Positions 20,730-30,728 of a DNA stretch of 64,000 nucleotides are shown here, piece after piece. Location: positions 23,845-87,844 of the forward strand of contig JAFLRM010000002.1 of assembly GCA_022511465.1 (NCBI GenBank). Reading direction: 5' to 3'. Below the pieces are notes generated by a model that saw only the letters and a program-made list of their open reading frames with translations, made no database searches and was not told the origin of the DNA. The DNA comes from Acetatifactor sp. GTDB lineage: Bacteria > Bacillota > Clostridia > Lachnospirales > Lachnospiraceae. Position numbers and translations under genes: made by a program. Every line of letters starts with the position of its first letter. The first letter of the stretch is position 1.

Positions 20730-22655
20730 TTAAATCTTTTTTGCATTTGAAATAAATTCTACAAAATCATTTTGCGGAATCGGTTTTGAGAAGAAATATC
20801 CTTGGACAAAATCGCACTGCAGATCTGTAAACTTATCCAACATTTCCTGCGTCTCCACACCTTCAATTACAATTTCCATATTCATATCTTTCAGCATTTT
20901 AACCGTGTTTTTCAAGAATATCCACACTTTTTGATTGTTGTTCTCATTCGCAAATGACTTATCAAGTTTGATGATTTTAAGCGGCAGTTGGATCACCCGC
21001 TGTATATTGGAGTATCCTGTTCCGTAATCATCTAAGGAGAAGCTGATCCCTGCCCGTGTCAGCTGTTTTAAATTATCTATCATGACTTCCTGTTCATAAG
21101 CAGCGGCTGTCTCGGTGATCTCAAGATTGATCTTTGCCGGTGAGACATTATATTTCTCCATGATGGAAAGGTACGTCTCCGGAAGGTCGCCGTTCATGAC
21201 CTGGGCTACCGACAGATTGACTTCTATATATTCAAGGTCAAGTTTCTTATACTCTTCGCTTGCTATGAACTGACAGACCTTCTCAAAAACAAACTCTCCT
21301 ATCCTGTGAATCGTTCCGTTCTGCTCGGCGGCCGTGATCAACAACTCCGGCGATATAAAACCATGCTCCGGATCAAACAGGCGGATCAATGCCTCCGCAG
21401 ATACAAACTTGCCTTGCGGGATCGAATAGATTGGCTGATAATACACTTCAAATCGCTCATCTTCAAGCGCCCTTTCAATGATCGCATCAATGTTGTTCTG
21501 GATATCAAGCTGCTTTTGATCATACATTTCACTGGCACGCATAATACGTCCGGTATAAGGATCTCTCTGGTGAAAATCTGCTCCGAAAGACATCAGCGTT
21601 CTAAAATCCTTAAACTCTTCGGGATATCCGGCGAGCACCATATAAGGCATCAGATTGATATCCAGTCCCATGATGTTGATCCCTTTCTTGAGTTCCTGGT
21701 TTAACGCTTCCGCCATCCCCTCAGCTCTGTCGTAGTATCTTCCCCAGAAAACGATCCGGAATCGACCGTTATCCAGATAATACAGATCGGCATGTCCGCG
21801 CATTTTTCTATTGATCTCACGTATCTTATTCGCTACTTCCTTCAGTACCTGCATGGCGGAATCAAATCCAACCATGGCCTGAACAGACGGGAAATTGCCA
21901 ATATTGAGCATAATGATCTTCACATGCTTGTCATTGTAGGAATCTCGTTTTCTGTCATAGACATAGGCGCTGTATTTTGTCAGCTGGGTAAAAGAATCAA
22001 TATAGTCTTCGGGACGTTGTATGCCAACGCTGACGATCAACAGACCGATTGCCCCGCCAAACATTTCCAAACGGGAGGCGGGATGAACCATCTGTACGAT
22101 CATTGCCGCAAGTTCAACCGGCACAAACGTACTGGTGGTTATGATCTTAGTGCGGCCCAACAAACTGCGATAGCGAATAATATATATAATAGCAACGATA
22201 ACATAAACTATCGTACATATGTACAGTAATGGAAACAGCGGCCCCCGTTTATATCCACCCTCAACCGAAAAGACAAGATGATTACCTGCATTGGCTGCCA
22301 GAACACTGACCGTCATCACAAACGGTACAAATAATATCGCCTGAAGAATTATATTTTTGCGCAGCTTGTGCCATGTGTCTATCAAACTGATAAGAAACAA
22401 AAGATACATCGGCGCACTTAAAAAATGTGTCAATAAATATCCGAAATGCATCGTGTACAGCGCTATGGTATTATTACTTTGCGCATTGTCAAGAAAGACT
22501 GCCGCAATATCAAATATCGTCGATGCAATCGTATCTAACGTAAGTATCATAAATAAGCGGTTTGAAATACCCCTTGTCATTTTTCTGATATAACATGAGT
22601 GCAGCAAAACAATAAGCAAAATCAGCGCCGCAATATCATAACTGACATTTTTCAT
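20730..22655 (-). CDS. Membrane-bound EAL c-di-GMP phosphodiesterase with degenerate GGDEF domain
   Basis: Multiple N-terminal TMs; YQPI, AEALIR, EVNLS, EITE, DDYGTGYS, KLDKSF, EGVET, QGYFFSKP intact; GGDEF position reads LDNGRF. Confidence 0.9.
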   Translation of the reverse strand: MKNVSYDIAALILLIVLLHSCYIRKMTRGISNRLFMILTLDTIASTIFDIAAVFLDNAQSNNTIALYTMHFGYLLTHFLSAPMYLLFLISLIDTWHKLRKNIILQAILFVPFVMTVSVLAANAGNHLVFSVEGGYKRGPLFPLLYICTIVYVIVAIIYIIRYRSLLGRTKIITTSTFVPVELAAMIVQMVHPASRLEMFGGAIGLLIVSVGIQRPEDYIDSFTQLTKYSAYVYDRKRDSYNDKHVKIIMLNIGNFPSVQAMVGFDSAMQVLKEVANKIREINRKMRGHADLYYLDNGRFRIVFWGRYYDRAEGMAEALNQELKKGINIMGLDINLMPYMVLAGYPEEFKDFRTLMSFGADFHQRDPYTGRIMRASEMYDQKQLDIQNNIDAIIERALEDERFEVYYQPIYSIPQGKFVSAEALIRLFDPEHGFISPELLITAAEQNGTIHRIGEFVFEKVCQFIASEEYKKLDLEYIEVNLSVAQVMNGDLPETYLSIMEKYNVSPAKINLEITETAAAYEQEVMIDNLKQLTRAGISFSLDDYGTGYSNIQRVIQLPLKIIKLDKSFANENNNQKVWIFLKNTVKMLKDMNMEIVIEGVETQEMLDKFTDLQCDFVQGYFFSKPIPQNDFVEFISNAKKI

Positions 22656-22691
22656 ATCACAATCCTCCCGAACTTACTTCTCCGGTTAAAA

Positions 22692-24392
22692 TCATTTTTC
22701 TTTTTCCATGGTTTTATCCATACATTGAAACTCCTCCGCAATCTTCTCGGCCACACGAATTCCGTCCATCGCCGCCGAGGTGATCCCACCTGCATATCCG
22801 GCTCCTTCCCCACAGGGGTACAATCCTCTCACGCCATCCGACTGCAGGTTTTCACCCCTGCAGATCCGCACCGGCGAAGAGGTTCTGCTCTCTACTCCGA
22901 GAAGCACTGTATCTGAACGGTCAAAGCCTTTGATCTGTCTGCCAAAGACTTCCATCCCCTCCACGAATGCCTGATTACATTCCTCCGGCAAAATACTGCT
23001 CAGATCGGCCCACTCATAATCTCCTTTGCACTGAGGGGTGATCCGACTCGTATCCGCAATTTTCAAATTGTCATCCGCAGGCTGCATTGCCTTGATCTTT
23101 TCCGGTTCTGCACCGCTTTTTGCACTTCCCTTTACTGCCTCCCGAAAATCTCCATATCGCTGCACCGGGATCTTTCCTTTTGCCAACCGATAAGCCTTTT
23201 CCTCCAACTTCCGCTGAAAGGCAATTCCCGAAAGCGGCTCATCCGAACCATAATCCTGTGGCGTCACCGACACAATAATGGCGCTGTTTGCATTGACACC
23301 GTCTCTTCCGCTGTAGCTCATCCCGTTCACCGCCAGATGTCCCTCCTCCGAGGAGGCATTGACCACATAGCCTCCGGGACACATGCAAAAAGAGTATACT
23401 CCTCTGCCTGAGCTGGTCTTGGCGGTCACCTTGTAAGCAGCAGCTCCCAGCTTTCCCGACTCTTTCACCCCGTATTGACTTAAATTTATCATTTCCTGCG
23501 GATGCTCCACACGGAAACCCACAGCAAAGGACTTGGCCTCCATGGGAACCTGCTTTTCCTGAAGCATAAAAAAAGTGTCTCTGGCACTGTGGCCGATGGC
23601 AAGTACCAACTGCTCACAGGGGAGTTCTCTCTCCCCATTGATCATTACACCATTCACCGCGCCATTTTTGATCAACACCTCCGTGACCTGACTCTCAAAA
23701 TGCACCTCACCCCCCAGGCGAATGATCTCCTTCCGCATAGCCTTCACCACATGGCCCAACACATCCGTACCAATGTGAGGCTTTGCCTCATAAAGAATGG
23801 ATCCCTTGGCCCCAAAGTGCACAAAGGTTTCCAAAACCGCCCTGTTTCTGCCATCTTTATCCTTCACAAGCGTGTTCAATTTCCCATCAGAGAAAGTGCC
23901 AGCTCCACCTTCCCCAAATTGCACATTGGAAACCGGATCCAAGATACCGGTCTGCCAGAACCGCTCCACATCCTGCAGTCTGCTCTCCACATCCCTGCCC
24001 CGTTCCAAGAGAATGGGGCGATATCCATGAAGCGCCAGAAAATATCCACAGAACAGCCCCGCAGGCCCTATTCCCACAATGACCGTGGGGTGCTTCTGAA
24101 CCACCTGTCCGCTTTTGGGAAAACAATATGACACATCTGTCATCTTTTTGATCTGTCCGCTGACACCTTTCCCATGAGCCGCCTTTTTCAGAACTTTATC
24201 CTCGTTATTCAACTCCACATCCACCGTGTAGCTATAAAAAAGCTCCGGCTTTTTTCTGGCGTCGATGGATTGTCTCTGAATTTCCAATTTTTGGATATTC
24301 TGTACAGGAACACGCAGTAGTTCTGCCACTCTCTTGGAAAGCTGCTCCTGTGTATGCTCTGTCCTCAACTTTACCTGTGTAACCCGAATCAT
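22692..24392 (-). CDS. Uncharacterised FAD-dependent oxidoreductase (COG2509-like)
   Basis: VGIGPAG, FGEGGAGTFSDGKL, PHIGTD, AIGHSARD, FCMCPGG, ESRTSSP, GEGAGYAGGI. Confidence 0.88.
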   Translation of the reverse strand: MIRVTQVKLRTEHTQEQLSKRVAELLRVPVQNIQKLEIQRQSIDARKKPELFYSYTVDVELNNEDKVLKKAAHGKGVSGQIKKMTDVSYCFPKSGQVVQKHPTVIVGIGPAGLFCGYFLALHGYRPILLERGRDVESRLQDVERFWQTGILDPVSNVQFGEGGAGTFSDGKLNTLVKDKDGRNRAVLETFVHFGAKGSILYEAKPHIGTDVLGHVVKAMRKEIIRLGGEVHFESQVTEVLIKNGAVNGVMINGERELPCEQLVLAIGHSARDTFFMLQEKQVPMEAKSFAVGFRVEHPQEMINLSQYGVKESGKLGAAAYKVTAKTSSGRGVYSFCMCPGGYVVNASSEEGHLAVNGMSYSGRDGVNANSAIIVSVTPQDYGSDEPLSGIAFQRKLEEKAYRLAKGKIPVQRYGDFREAVKGSAKSGAEPEKIKAMQPADDNLKIADTSRITPQCKGDYEWADLSSILPEECNQAFVEGMEVFGRQIKGFDRSDTVLLGVESRTSSPVRICRGENLQSDGVRGLYPCGEGAGYAGGITSAAMDGIRVAEKIAEEFQCMDKTMEKEK

Positions 24393-24416
24393 ATGTATGC
24401 ACCTATATAGCTCACA

Positions 24417-25655
24417 TTATCTCTTAGCGGCCGCCATACCTGCCAGATAACCACTGCTCCACGCCCACTGTAGGTTGTAGCCGCCGCACCTGCCATCCAC
24501 GTCCAAGATCTCTCCTGCAAAATAGACGCCCGGAGCTTTCTTTGACTCAAGACTCTCCGTCACCTCTGTATGAGGTACACCTCCGGCGCTCACCTGCGCA
24601 TTGTCATAGGAGTTCACACCTGTCACGGTCACCTCCCAGTCCCAGCACAGTTCAAGCACTTTTGAGAGCGTTTTCTTGTCCGTCTGTTCCACCGGCTGTG
24701 ATCCTTTGAGACCTGCCAGCTTTATAAAAAGCTGCATGAGCTTTTTGTGGAGGAGTCCCGTAAAAAATTCCTCCACCGTCCGATCTCCCATTAAGATCAG
24801 CCGATTGATCAACAATATTTCCAAATCTTCCGCCTTGTAATCCGGCAAAAGCTGTATATGTACCGAAACCTGTTTTTGCTCTTTCAAGAGATAAGCCACC
24901 TGGCGGCTTAACTGAAACACCGGAATTCCCGATATTCCACGCTCCGTAAGTTGTAATTCCCCATACTCTGCAGCTACACATTCTTCTCCCCGAAAAACAG
25001 CCACTTTAGCCTCCGCACGGACACCGGACACCGACCGGAAATAATCCTCTTTGCACCGAAGCTGTACCAGCGCCGGCACTGTCGGCACCAGTGAATGTCC
25101 CAGCTGCTTTGTCAGCACAAAACCGCTTCCGTCCGATCCCGTCTTGGGTGCAGCCATACCTCCACAGGCGATCACCACCCTGTCAAAGAAATATTCTTTT
25201 CGTCCGCCGTAAACCTTGATCCGTCCCTCTGCCAGTCGTTCTATCCGGTCAATCCTGCAGTCTGTGGTCACAACAATGCCCAGACTCTTTAACTCAAAAC
25301 GAAGCACATCCAACACTGTCGAAGCCTGCTCACTGGCCGGATAAAGATACCCGCTCTTGTCCTTGATCAGAAGCCCGATTCCCTGAAAAAAATGGATCAT
25401 ATCATCCACATCGAACTCCTTCAACCGTTCCTCAATCCACTCTTTCTCTGCGCCATAATATTGCTCCGCCGACAAGTCCAAATTCCCCAGGTTACACTTT
25501 CCATTTCCCGTCATCAAAAGCTTCTTGCCCACACGGCCATTCCTCTCCAAGATCGTCACCCGAGCCCCCTGCCTGGCCGCCGTGATCGCCGCCATCATCC
25601 CGGCTGCGCCACCGCCGATCACACCCACTGTCAAGTTCTTCATACTAACCTCCAT
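24417..25655 (-). CDS. HI0933/YhiN/BaiN-family flavoprotein
   Basis: IGGGAAG, GKKLLMTGNGKCN, GG.AAPKTGSDG.G, TERGISG, AQVSAGGV, GE.LDVDG.CGGYNLQWAWSSG. Confidence 0.92.
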   Translation of the reverse strand: MEVSMKNLTVGVIGGGAAGMMAAITAARQGARVTILERNGRVGKKLLMTGNGKCNLGNLDLSAEQYYGAEKEWIEERLKEFDVDDMIHFFQGIGLLIKDKSGYLYPASEQASTVLDVLRFELKSLGIVVTTDCRIDRIERLAEGRIKVYGGRKEYFFDRVVIACGGMAAPKTGSDGSGFVLTKQLGHSLVPTVPALVQLRCKEDYFRSVSGVRAEAKVAVFRGEECVAAEYGELQLTERGISGIPVFQLSRQVAYLLKEQKQVSVHIQLLPDYKAEDLEILLINRLILMGDRTVEEFFTGLLHKKLMQLFIKLAGLKGSQPVEQTDKKTLSKVLELCWDWEVTVTGVNSYDNAQVSAGGVPHTEVTESLESKKAPGVYFAGEILDVDGRCGGYNLQWAWSSGYLAGMAAAKR

Positions 25656-25670
25656 ATCCTATCTGTGACC

Positions 25671-26363
25671 TCACGACGAATACGTCTCCAAGAAATCATA
25701 CAAAGCCGCCTGATCCTCCATCCACATCATCTGAATGATCTCCATCTGCACATCTTCCGGCAGCTGCTCAAGCAGGATCCCCGTATTAATATACACCGTC
25801 TCCAGATCCTCCAGATAGACTATTACCTCATTGTCCTGAACTGCCAAATAAAACCCTTCGCTGGGCTGTAGGTACTCATAATTCATCTGTACCACGACAC
25901 GCTCCCTCGAGAAGGACAACACTTCCAACCCGACAAATCCCCTCTCCAGTTCCGACAAAGGCGGATAATTTCCATAGGTCTCCATCGCCTCCAAAAACTG
26001 CTCGCGATTCATCCCTACATACTTCGGCGGCAGCCTCCAAGTGGTCTCCACCACCGTATGACGAACCAGATCCGTCTCCTCCAGCACATACTCCGTATCC
26101 GCAGACAGTTTCTCCCCTGTGGAAGCAACTGGTATAGTTCCCTCTCCCTCAGCGGACAAAACAAATTCATTGATCTGCAGATCATAGGCGTTCTCTGACA
26201 TCTGTGTCTCCAGAAAATCAACCCACTCTACGCTCCCTTTCTGCTCTGTCTTTATATCTCCCGGATAAAAAAACTGTACCGCTTTCATCCCTGCAAAAAA
26301 GCCCACCGTCAGCATGAGCAACGGATAAAACAAAAACAAACTGATACCTTTTACAAATCTCAT
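25671..26363 (-). CDS. BofC C-terminal-domain protein (sporulation, forespore)
   Basis: N-terminal TM; C-terminal FYL...NEVIVY.....VY..TGI....LP....EI......LYDFLETYSS. Confidence 0.7.
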   Translation of the reverse strand: MRFVKGISLFLFYPLLMLTVGFFAGMKAVQFFYPGDIKTEQKGSVEWVDFLETQMSENAYDLQINEFVLSAEGEGTIPVASTGEKLSADTEYVLEETDLVRHTVVETTWRLPPKYVGMNREQFLEAMETYGNYPPLSELERGFVGLEVLSFSRERVVVQMNYEYLQPSEGFYLAVQDNEVIVYLEDLETVYINTGILLEQLPEDVQMEIIQMMWMEDQAALYDFLETYSS

Positions 26364-26427
26364 ATTTCCTCACACACAATATTAGTTTGCTTTTAGTATC
26401 AGTCTTTTTCTATAATATTATACAAAT

Positions 26428-28035
26428 TTACGAATAAACCCGAAGCATCTGTCCCAGTACCCTGACCAACCCTCCCGCCGGCACATGTTTTAAATCCTGT
26501 TCCCTGAAATTCCGCATCAGCACTAACGCTATCCAATACACGATCCAAGATGCTGCCAAACAGACGATCACTGTCACCAAAGCTCCTAAATGAGGTGAAA
26601 TTGCCTTGCCAACAAACAAACATACAAGTCCCACCACACAGGCGCATCCGGCAGGAAGCCCAAGAGACTGCACCCAGTCAATTCCCGACTGCAGTTCCCT
26701 GCAGGACAAAATGCCAAGCAACGCACACAACACAATGTTCGCGATCATGCCTGCATACACATAAGAATTCACGCCAAGTTTCCCAACATTGACAAACAGA
26801 AGTGCGCTGACAAAAAATGTCAGGCTCATAACACCAAGCCCCAGAAGGAGCAGATAACGTTTGCCCGCAATCCAGAGAAACCTATAGAAATATCCGGAAA
26901 GGGCTGTAAACAGAATCGCAAAGGCGCCATAAGAAAACATGGCTCCTGCATCCGTCACGCCACTTTTGCAGAAAATTTCCGCCACATAATTTCCCATAAC
27001 TGCCAAAAAGACAGAAAAGAATAACCCATACACCACCGTCACATGAAGACCGGTCTGGAAAATACTCCTCGCATATTTAGGTTCATCCCTGCGAACATAA
27101 GTCTGAACTTTCGCAGCTGCAGGCAGGATCAGCGCGTCAATCAGACAGACAACGCCACCTGTGAGTACCAGATATTTTCCGTAAAAGATGCCATAGGTAA
27201 TCTCTATATTCACAAGTTCCGAGGCCGCCGCTCCCAAAAGAAACAATCCGATCCAAATTGGAAGTCTTTGCAGCATACCAGACAGAATTTCCCCTGCCAT
27301 ATTTCCGTACAAAGCGCGCAACACACTGCTAAAGGAATCGATAGATTTTAATCCTTCCGCCGGATCTGCCACATTCTTTTTGCTGCCTCCCCTGTAGATG
27401 ATCCCTAAGAATAACAGCAGGAAAAGCTCTGTCAGCGCCGCAGCCACCGCCACTCCGATGGCACCGTACATACCTACAAACTTGTGCTGCCCAAGCAGCG
27501 CGCTGACCATTTCTCCATATCTCATAAACAAATTCCCAAACAGCAAACCAAAGCCGATAAAAAACACCTGACGAAGCACCGCTGACACTGCCGTGGGAAA
27601 CTCTGAACCCTTCCCCTGAAAATATCCCAGTAATATGGACTCTACCGTTCTAAGCAAAAGCGCAGCCGCCAGTATCACCGTCAAAAATGCCCCGTTTGGC
27701 ATGTGAAATACATTTGTCACCACAATGCCACCCACTGCAGCCAACAAAATACTCATCACAAGTCCCAAAAGTCCCTGTGAGATCAGCGCGTATCTGCGGA
27801 TCCGATACATATTTCTATATTGGTTCCTGGCATTTTTAGCCCGAAGCATCCGTCCCAGGGCATCCGGTACATTCTGACCTACCAAGATCCACATAAAGGA
27901 GAAAACCTCATACGCCGCCGCAAAATACGCCAGCCCATTCTCTCCCATATAATTTCCCAATAATAAAAGCGCGACCGCGCCCAACAAATGAGCCAGGCTC
28001 TCGATCTGCCTTCTCTTCACTTCCACCTGATTCAT
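26428..28035 (-). CDS. SpoVB/MurJ-like MATE-family polysaccharide flippase
   Basis: Many TMs; GYFQG, PTAVSAVL.Q, GMYGAIG motifs of SpoVB-like proteins. Confidence 0.75.
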   Translation of the reverse strand: MNQVEVKRRQIESLAHLLGAVALLLLGNYMGENGLAYFAAAYEVFSFMWILVGQNVPDALGRMLRAKNARNQYRNMYRIRRYALISQGLLGLVMSILLAAVGGIVVTNVFHMPNGAFLTVILAAALLLRTVESILLGYFQGKGSEFPTAVSAVLRQVFFIGFGLLFGNLFMRYGEMVSALLGQHKFVGMYGAIGVAVAAALTELFLLLFLGIIYRGGSKKNVADPAEGLKSIDSFSSVLRALYGNMAGEILSGMLQRLPIWIGLFLLGAAASELVNIEITYGIFYGKYLVLTGGVVCLIDALILPAAAKVQTYVRRDEPKYARSIFQTGLHVTVVYGLFFSVFLAVMGNYVAEIFCKSGVTDAGAMFSYGAFAILFTALSGYFYRFLWIAGKRYLLLLGLGVMSLTFFVSALLFVNVGKLGVNSYVYAGMIANIVLCALLGILSCRELQSGIDWVQSLGLPAGCACVVGLVCLFVGKAISPHLGALVTVIVCLAASWIVYWIALVLMRNFREQDLKHVPAGGLVRVLGQMLRVYS

Positions 28036-28071
28036 AGAATCTTCCTCTTCATCATATGTATTATTCTCGGA

Positions 28072-28572
28072 TCATTCTCTGGTAATTCCCAGTCCTGCAA
28101 GAATCGCTTCCTGCTTCTCCTCCATGACTTTAGCCTGTATATCCTCCATGTGATCGTATCCGCACAGGTGAAGCATGCTGTGTGCCACAAGAAAGGCAAA
28201 TTCTCTCTTCTCACTGTGACCGAAACTTACTGCCTGCTCTTTCACTCTGTCCACAGAGAGGATAATATCCCCTAGGAGCAATTCCCCCGTGTCGGGGTCA
28301 AAATAGTCGGCCTCTTTCTCCTCGGAAATGACAAAGTCCGCCTCCGTTGCAAAATCCACATTGGGGAACGAGAGCACGTCCGTCTCCTTGTCAATTCCTC
28401 TGTACTCCCGATTAAACCGCCGAATTCCCTCGTTGTCCGTCAAGATCACGTTAAGCTGCACCTCATAAGGACAATTTTCCTCCAAGAGAGAAGCCTCCGC
28501 CACTTCCTTTACGAGAGTTTCCGGATCAAAGGAAAAAACGCTCTCCGTTTCATTCTCAACGTAAAAAGTCAT
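28072..28572 (-). CDS. ybeY: rRNA maturation RNase YbeY
   Basis: NREYRGIDKETDVLSF, LGDI, AHSMLHLCGYDH. Confidence 0.96.
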   Translation of the reverse strand: MTFYVENETESVFSFDPETLVKEVAEASLLEENCPYEVQLNVILTDNEGIRRFNREYRGIDKETDVLSFPNVDFATEADFVISEEKEADYFDPDTGELLLGDIILSVDRVKEQAVSFGHSEKREFAFLVAHSMLHLCGYDHMEDIQAKVMEEKQEAILAGLGITRE

Positions 28573-29743
28573 AATACAGCTTCTCCTCCTTGAAAATTTT
28601 ATGCATGGTGATCAACTCCTTCAAGGTCAGGTTGCTGTTAAAAAAAACTTTTCTATCGTCAAACTTTTTAAAGACAGAGTCAACAATCTTATCGTAATCA
28701 GGAGTGGCATTCTTGTCCTCCTTCAGCAGTTTGGTGATGCTGCTCACAATCTCATCCGCACACATAAGCACTGCCGTCTCTTTCTCCCAGCTGTCGTGCT
28801 CTCCCTCATCTCTTGTTATATACTCATTTAAGAGCCGAACCGCCGCGGGCGGAAACTTATACTTTTTCATAATAGCGGGAGCTTCCTCAACAATCTTGTG
28901 ATAGTAGGCCGCACATTTGATGGCATTGACATCCATGGAAAATCTTCCCGCGATCCGCTCACAAAAATATGCCGTATGCACACCGTGAAAATATTTATCC
29001 CTGTCCTCTTTCTTACAGTTGACCAGTATCTCATTCTCCGTGTCGTTCAACTCCAGATATTGCACCCTAAGAGGGTACACCACTTGCGTGGAAAATACTT
29101 TGATCAACCCCAAAAGCAGAACGCAGGAAATGATCAGATTGACCACCGGCACCACGAAATCCTCAAATGCCGGTCTTTTATTAGCGGTCAGGATCAAACT
29201 GGCAGTCTCACACACCAGAAGACTAAGCACCGACAGAAAAAGGGGTATGCCAATCTTTACCTCATTTTCAATGCGGCAAAACAGACACACTCCAAAAATT
29301 CCGCTGAGCAGATATAGGAAAAAAACTCCCACCGATGCCCCGCTCAGCAGAGCCGGTATCATCATAAGCACAATGGATGCCACGATCCCTGCCACCGGAC
29401 TGCTAAATAGGGAAAGCATCACAAACACCGGCAGGAAAGGCCATCCCTCCACCGGCAAAAAAACGCACGCAAAAGAGACTGCTATTCCTCCCAGAAAACC
29501 CAGCCAAAATCGGGACAAGTGCTTCGCGTTGTCGTAATGCAGTTCATCATCCAGGTATTCTCTACGGACCCGAAATCCCACCAGCGCCACGCCAAGCACC
29601 GCCATCACTATACAACTCAGCGTCTTGTCAAAGGCAAGCTGTTCAAGGTAGGATACTCCGTAGATCCCCATCACCACAAGGAGCATACAAAAAAGCTCCG
29701 GCAAAAAAAGCATGATGTTTAATTGTCTCTTATCTTCTTCCAT
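28556..29743 (-). CDS. 7TM-HD (PgpH/YqfF-like) membrane protein with degenerate HD motif
   Basis: About 7 TMs, LELND....L, H..H.A..CE.IA, AAYYHK, VLMCADE; syntenic position between phoH and ybeY. Confidence 0.75.
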   Translation of the reverse strand: MEEDKRQLNIMLFLPELFCMLLVVMGIYGVSYLEQLAFDKTLSCIVMAVLGVALVGFRVRREYLDDELHYDNAKHLSRFWLGFLGGIAVSFACVFLPVEGWPFLPVFVMLSLFSSPVAGIVASIVLMMIPALLSGASVGVFFLYLLSGIFGVCLFCRIENEVKIGIPLFLSVLSLLVCETASLILTANKRPAFEDFVVPVVNLIISCVLLLGLIKVFSTQVVYPLRVQYLELNDTENEILVNCKKEDRDKYFHGVHTAYFCERIAGRFSMDVNAIKCAAYYHKIVEEAPAIMKKYKFPPAAVRLLNEYITRDEGEHDSWEKETAVLMCADEIVSSITKLLKEDKNATPDYDKIVDSVFKKFDDRKVFFNSNLTLKELITMHKIFKEEKLYYDFLR

Positions 29744-30728
29744 TTCCACGTTTCTCTCGGTTTCTGTTTTTTTCTTTCGCTTCGTAGTCGTCATAGGCCT
29801 TTACGATCCGCTGTACCAGCGGATGTCTGACAACGTCTTTGCTGGTCAGATTGCAGAAAGCGATATCATCTATCTTACTTAACACCCTGGTCGCTATGTC
29901 CAATCCTGATCCGGTTCCCGCCGGCAGATCTTTCTGGGAGGCATCACCTGTCACCACCACCTTAGAACCAAACCCAATGCGGGTCAAAAACATTTTCATC
30001 TGAGCCGGCGTGGTGTTCTGAGCCTCGTCCAAAATAATGTAAGCGTTATCCAAAGTGCGGCCGCGCATGTAGGCTAAAGGTGCCACCTCGATCAAACCCT
30101 TCTCCATATTTTTGGCAAAGCTCTCCGCCCCCATGATCTGGTGAAGCGCATCATACAGAGGGCGCAGATAAGGATCCACCTTGCTCTGCAGATCGCCCGG
30201 CAGAAAACCCAGCTTCTCCCCCGCCTCGATAGCCGGGCGGGTCAAAATAATACGACTGACTTCCTCATTTTTGAAAGCAGTGATCGCCATAGCCATGGCC
30301 AGATAGGTCTTACCGGTTCCTGCCGGTCCCAGTCCAAACACGATCATGTTGTTTCGGATGGCATCAACATATTTTTTCTGCCCTAAAGTCTTTGGCTTGA
30401 TAGGTTTCCCGTTTATCGTGTGACAAATATGATCGGAGTCAATCTCCACGATAACATCTTCCTGTTCTTCCATTCCCATAGTGATCGCGTAATCTACGCT
30501 TTGCTCCTCAATCTCGTTTCCACGCTCCGAAATGATGGTGAGTTGTCTTAAGACATTCTGTGCCCGATGTGCATTCTCCTCCTCGCCGGTGATGATGACC
30601 TGGCCATTGCGATTTATCACTGTCACCCGAAAGTCATGCTCCAGCTTTTTGATGTAGGCGTCCTGCATGCCAAATACTTTCTGCATATGCTCCGCGGGCA
30701 TATCCATCCTTACGGAAACCTCACTCAT
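29730..30728 (-). CDS. phoH: PhoH family ATPase
   Basis: KTLGQ, GPAGTGKTYLA, RPAIEAGEKLGFLPG, MRGRTL, ILDEAQN, DVVRHPLV. Confidence 0.96.
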   Translation of the reverse strand: MSEVSVRMDMPAEHMQKVFGMQDAYIKKLEHDFRVTVINRNGQVIITGEEENAHRAQNVLRQLTIISERGNEIEEQSVDYAITMGMEEQEDVIVEIDSDHICHTINGKPIKPKTLGQKKYVDAIRNNMIVFGLGPAGTGKTYLAMAMAITAFKNEEVSRIILTRPAIEAGEKLGFLPGDLQSKVDPYLRPLYDALHQIMGAESFAKNMEKGLIEVAPLAYMRGRTLDNAYIILDEAQNTTPAQMKMFLTRIGFGSKVVVTGDASQKDLPAGTGSGLDIATRVLSKIDDIAFCNLTSKDVVRHPLVQRIVKAYDDYEAKEKNRNREKRGNGRR

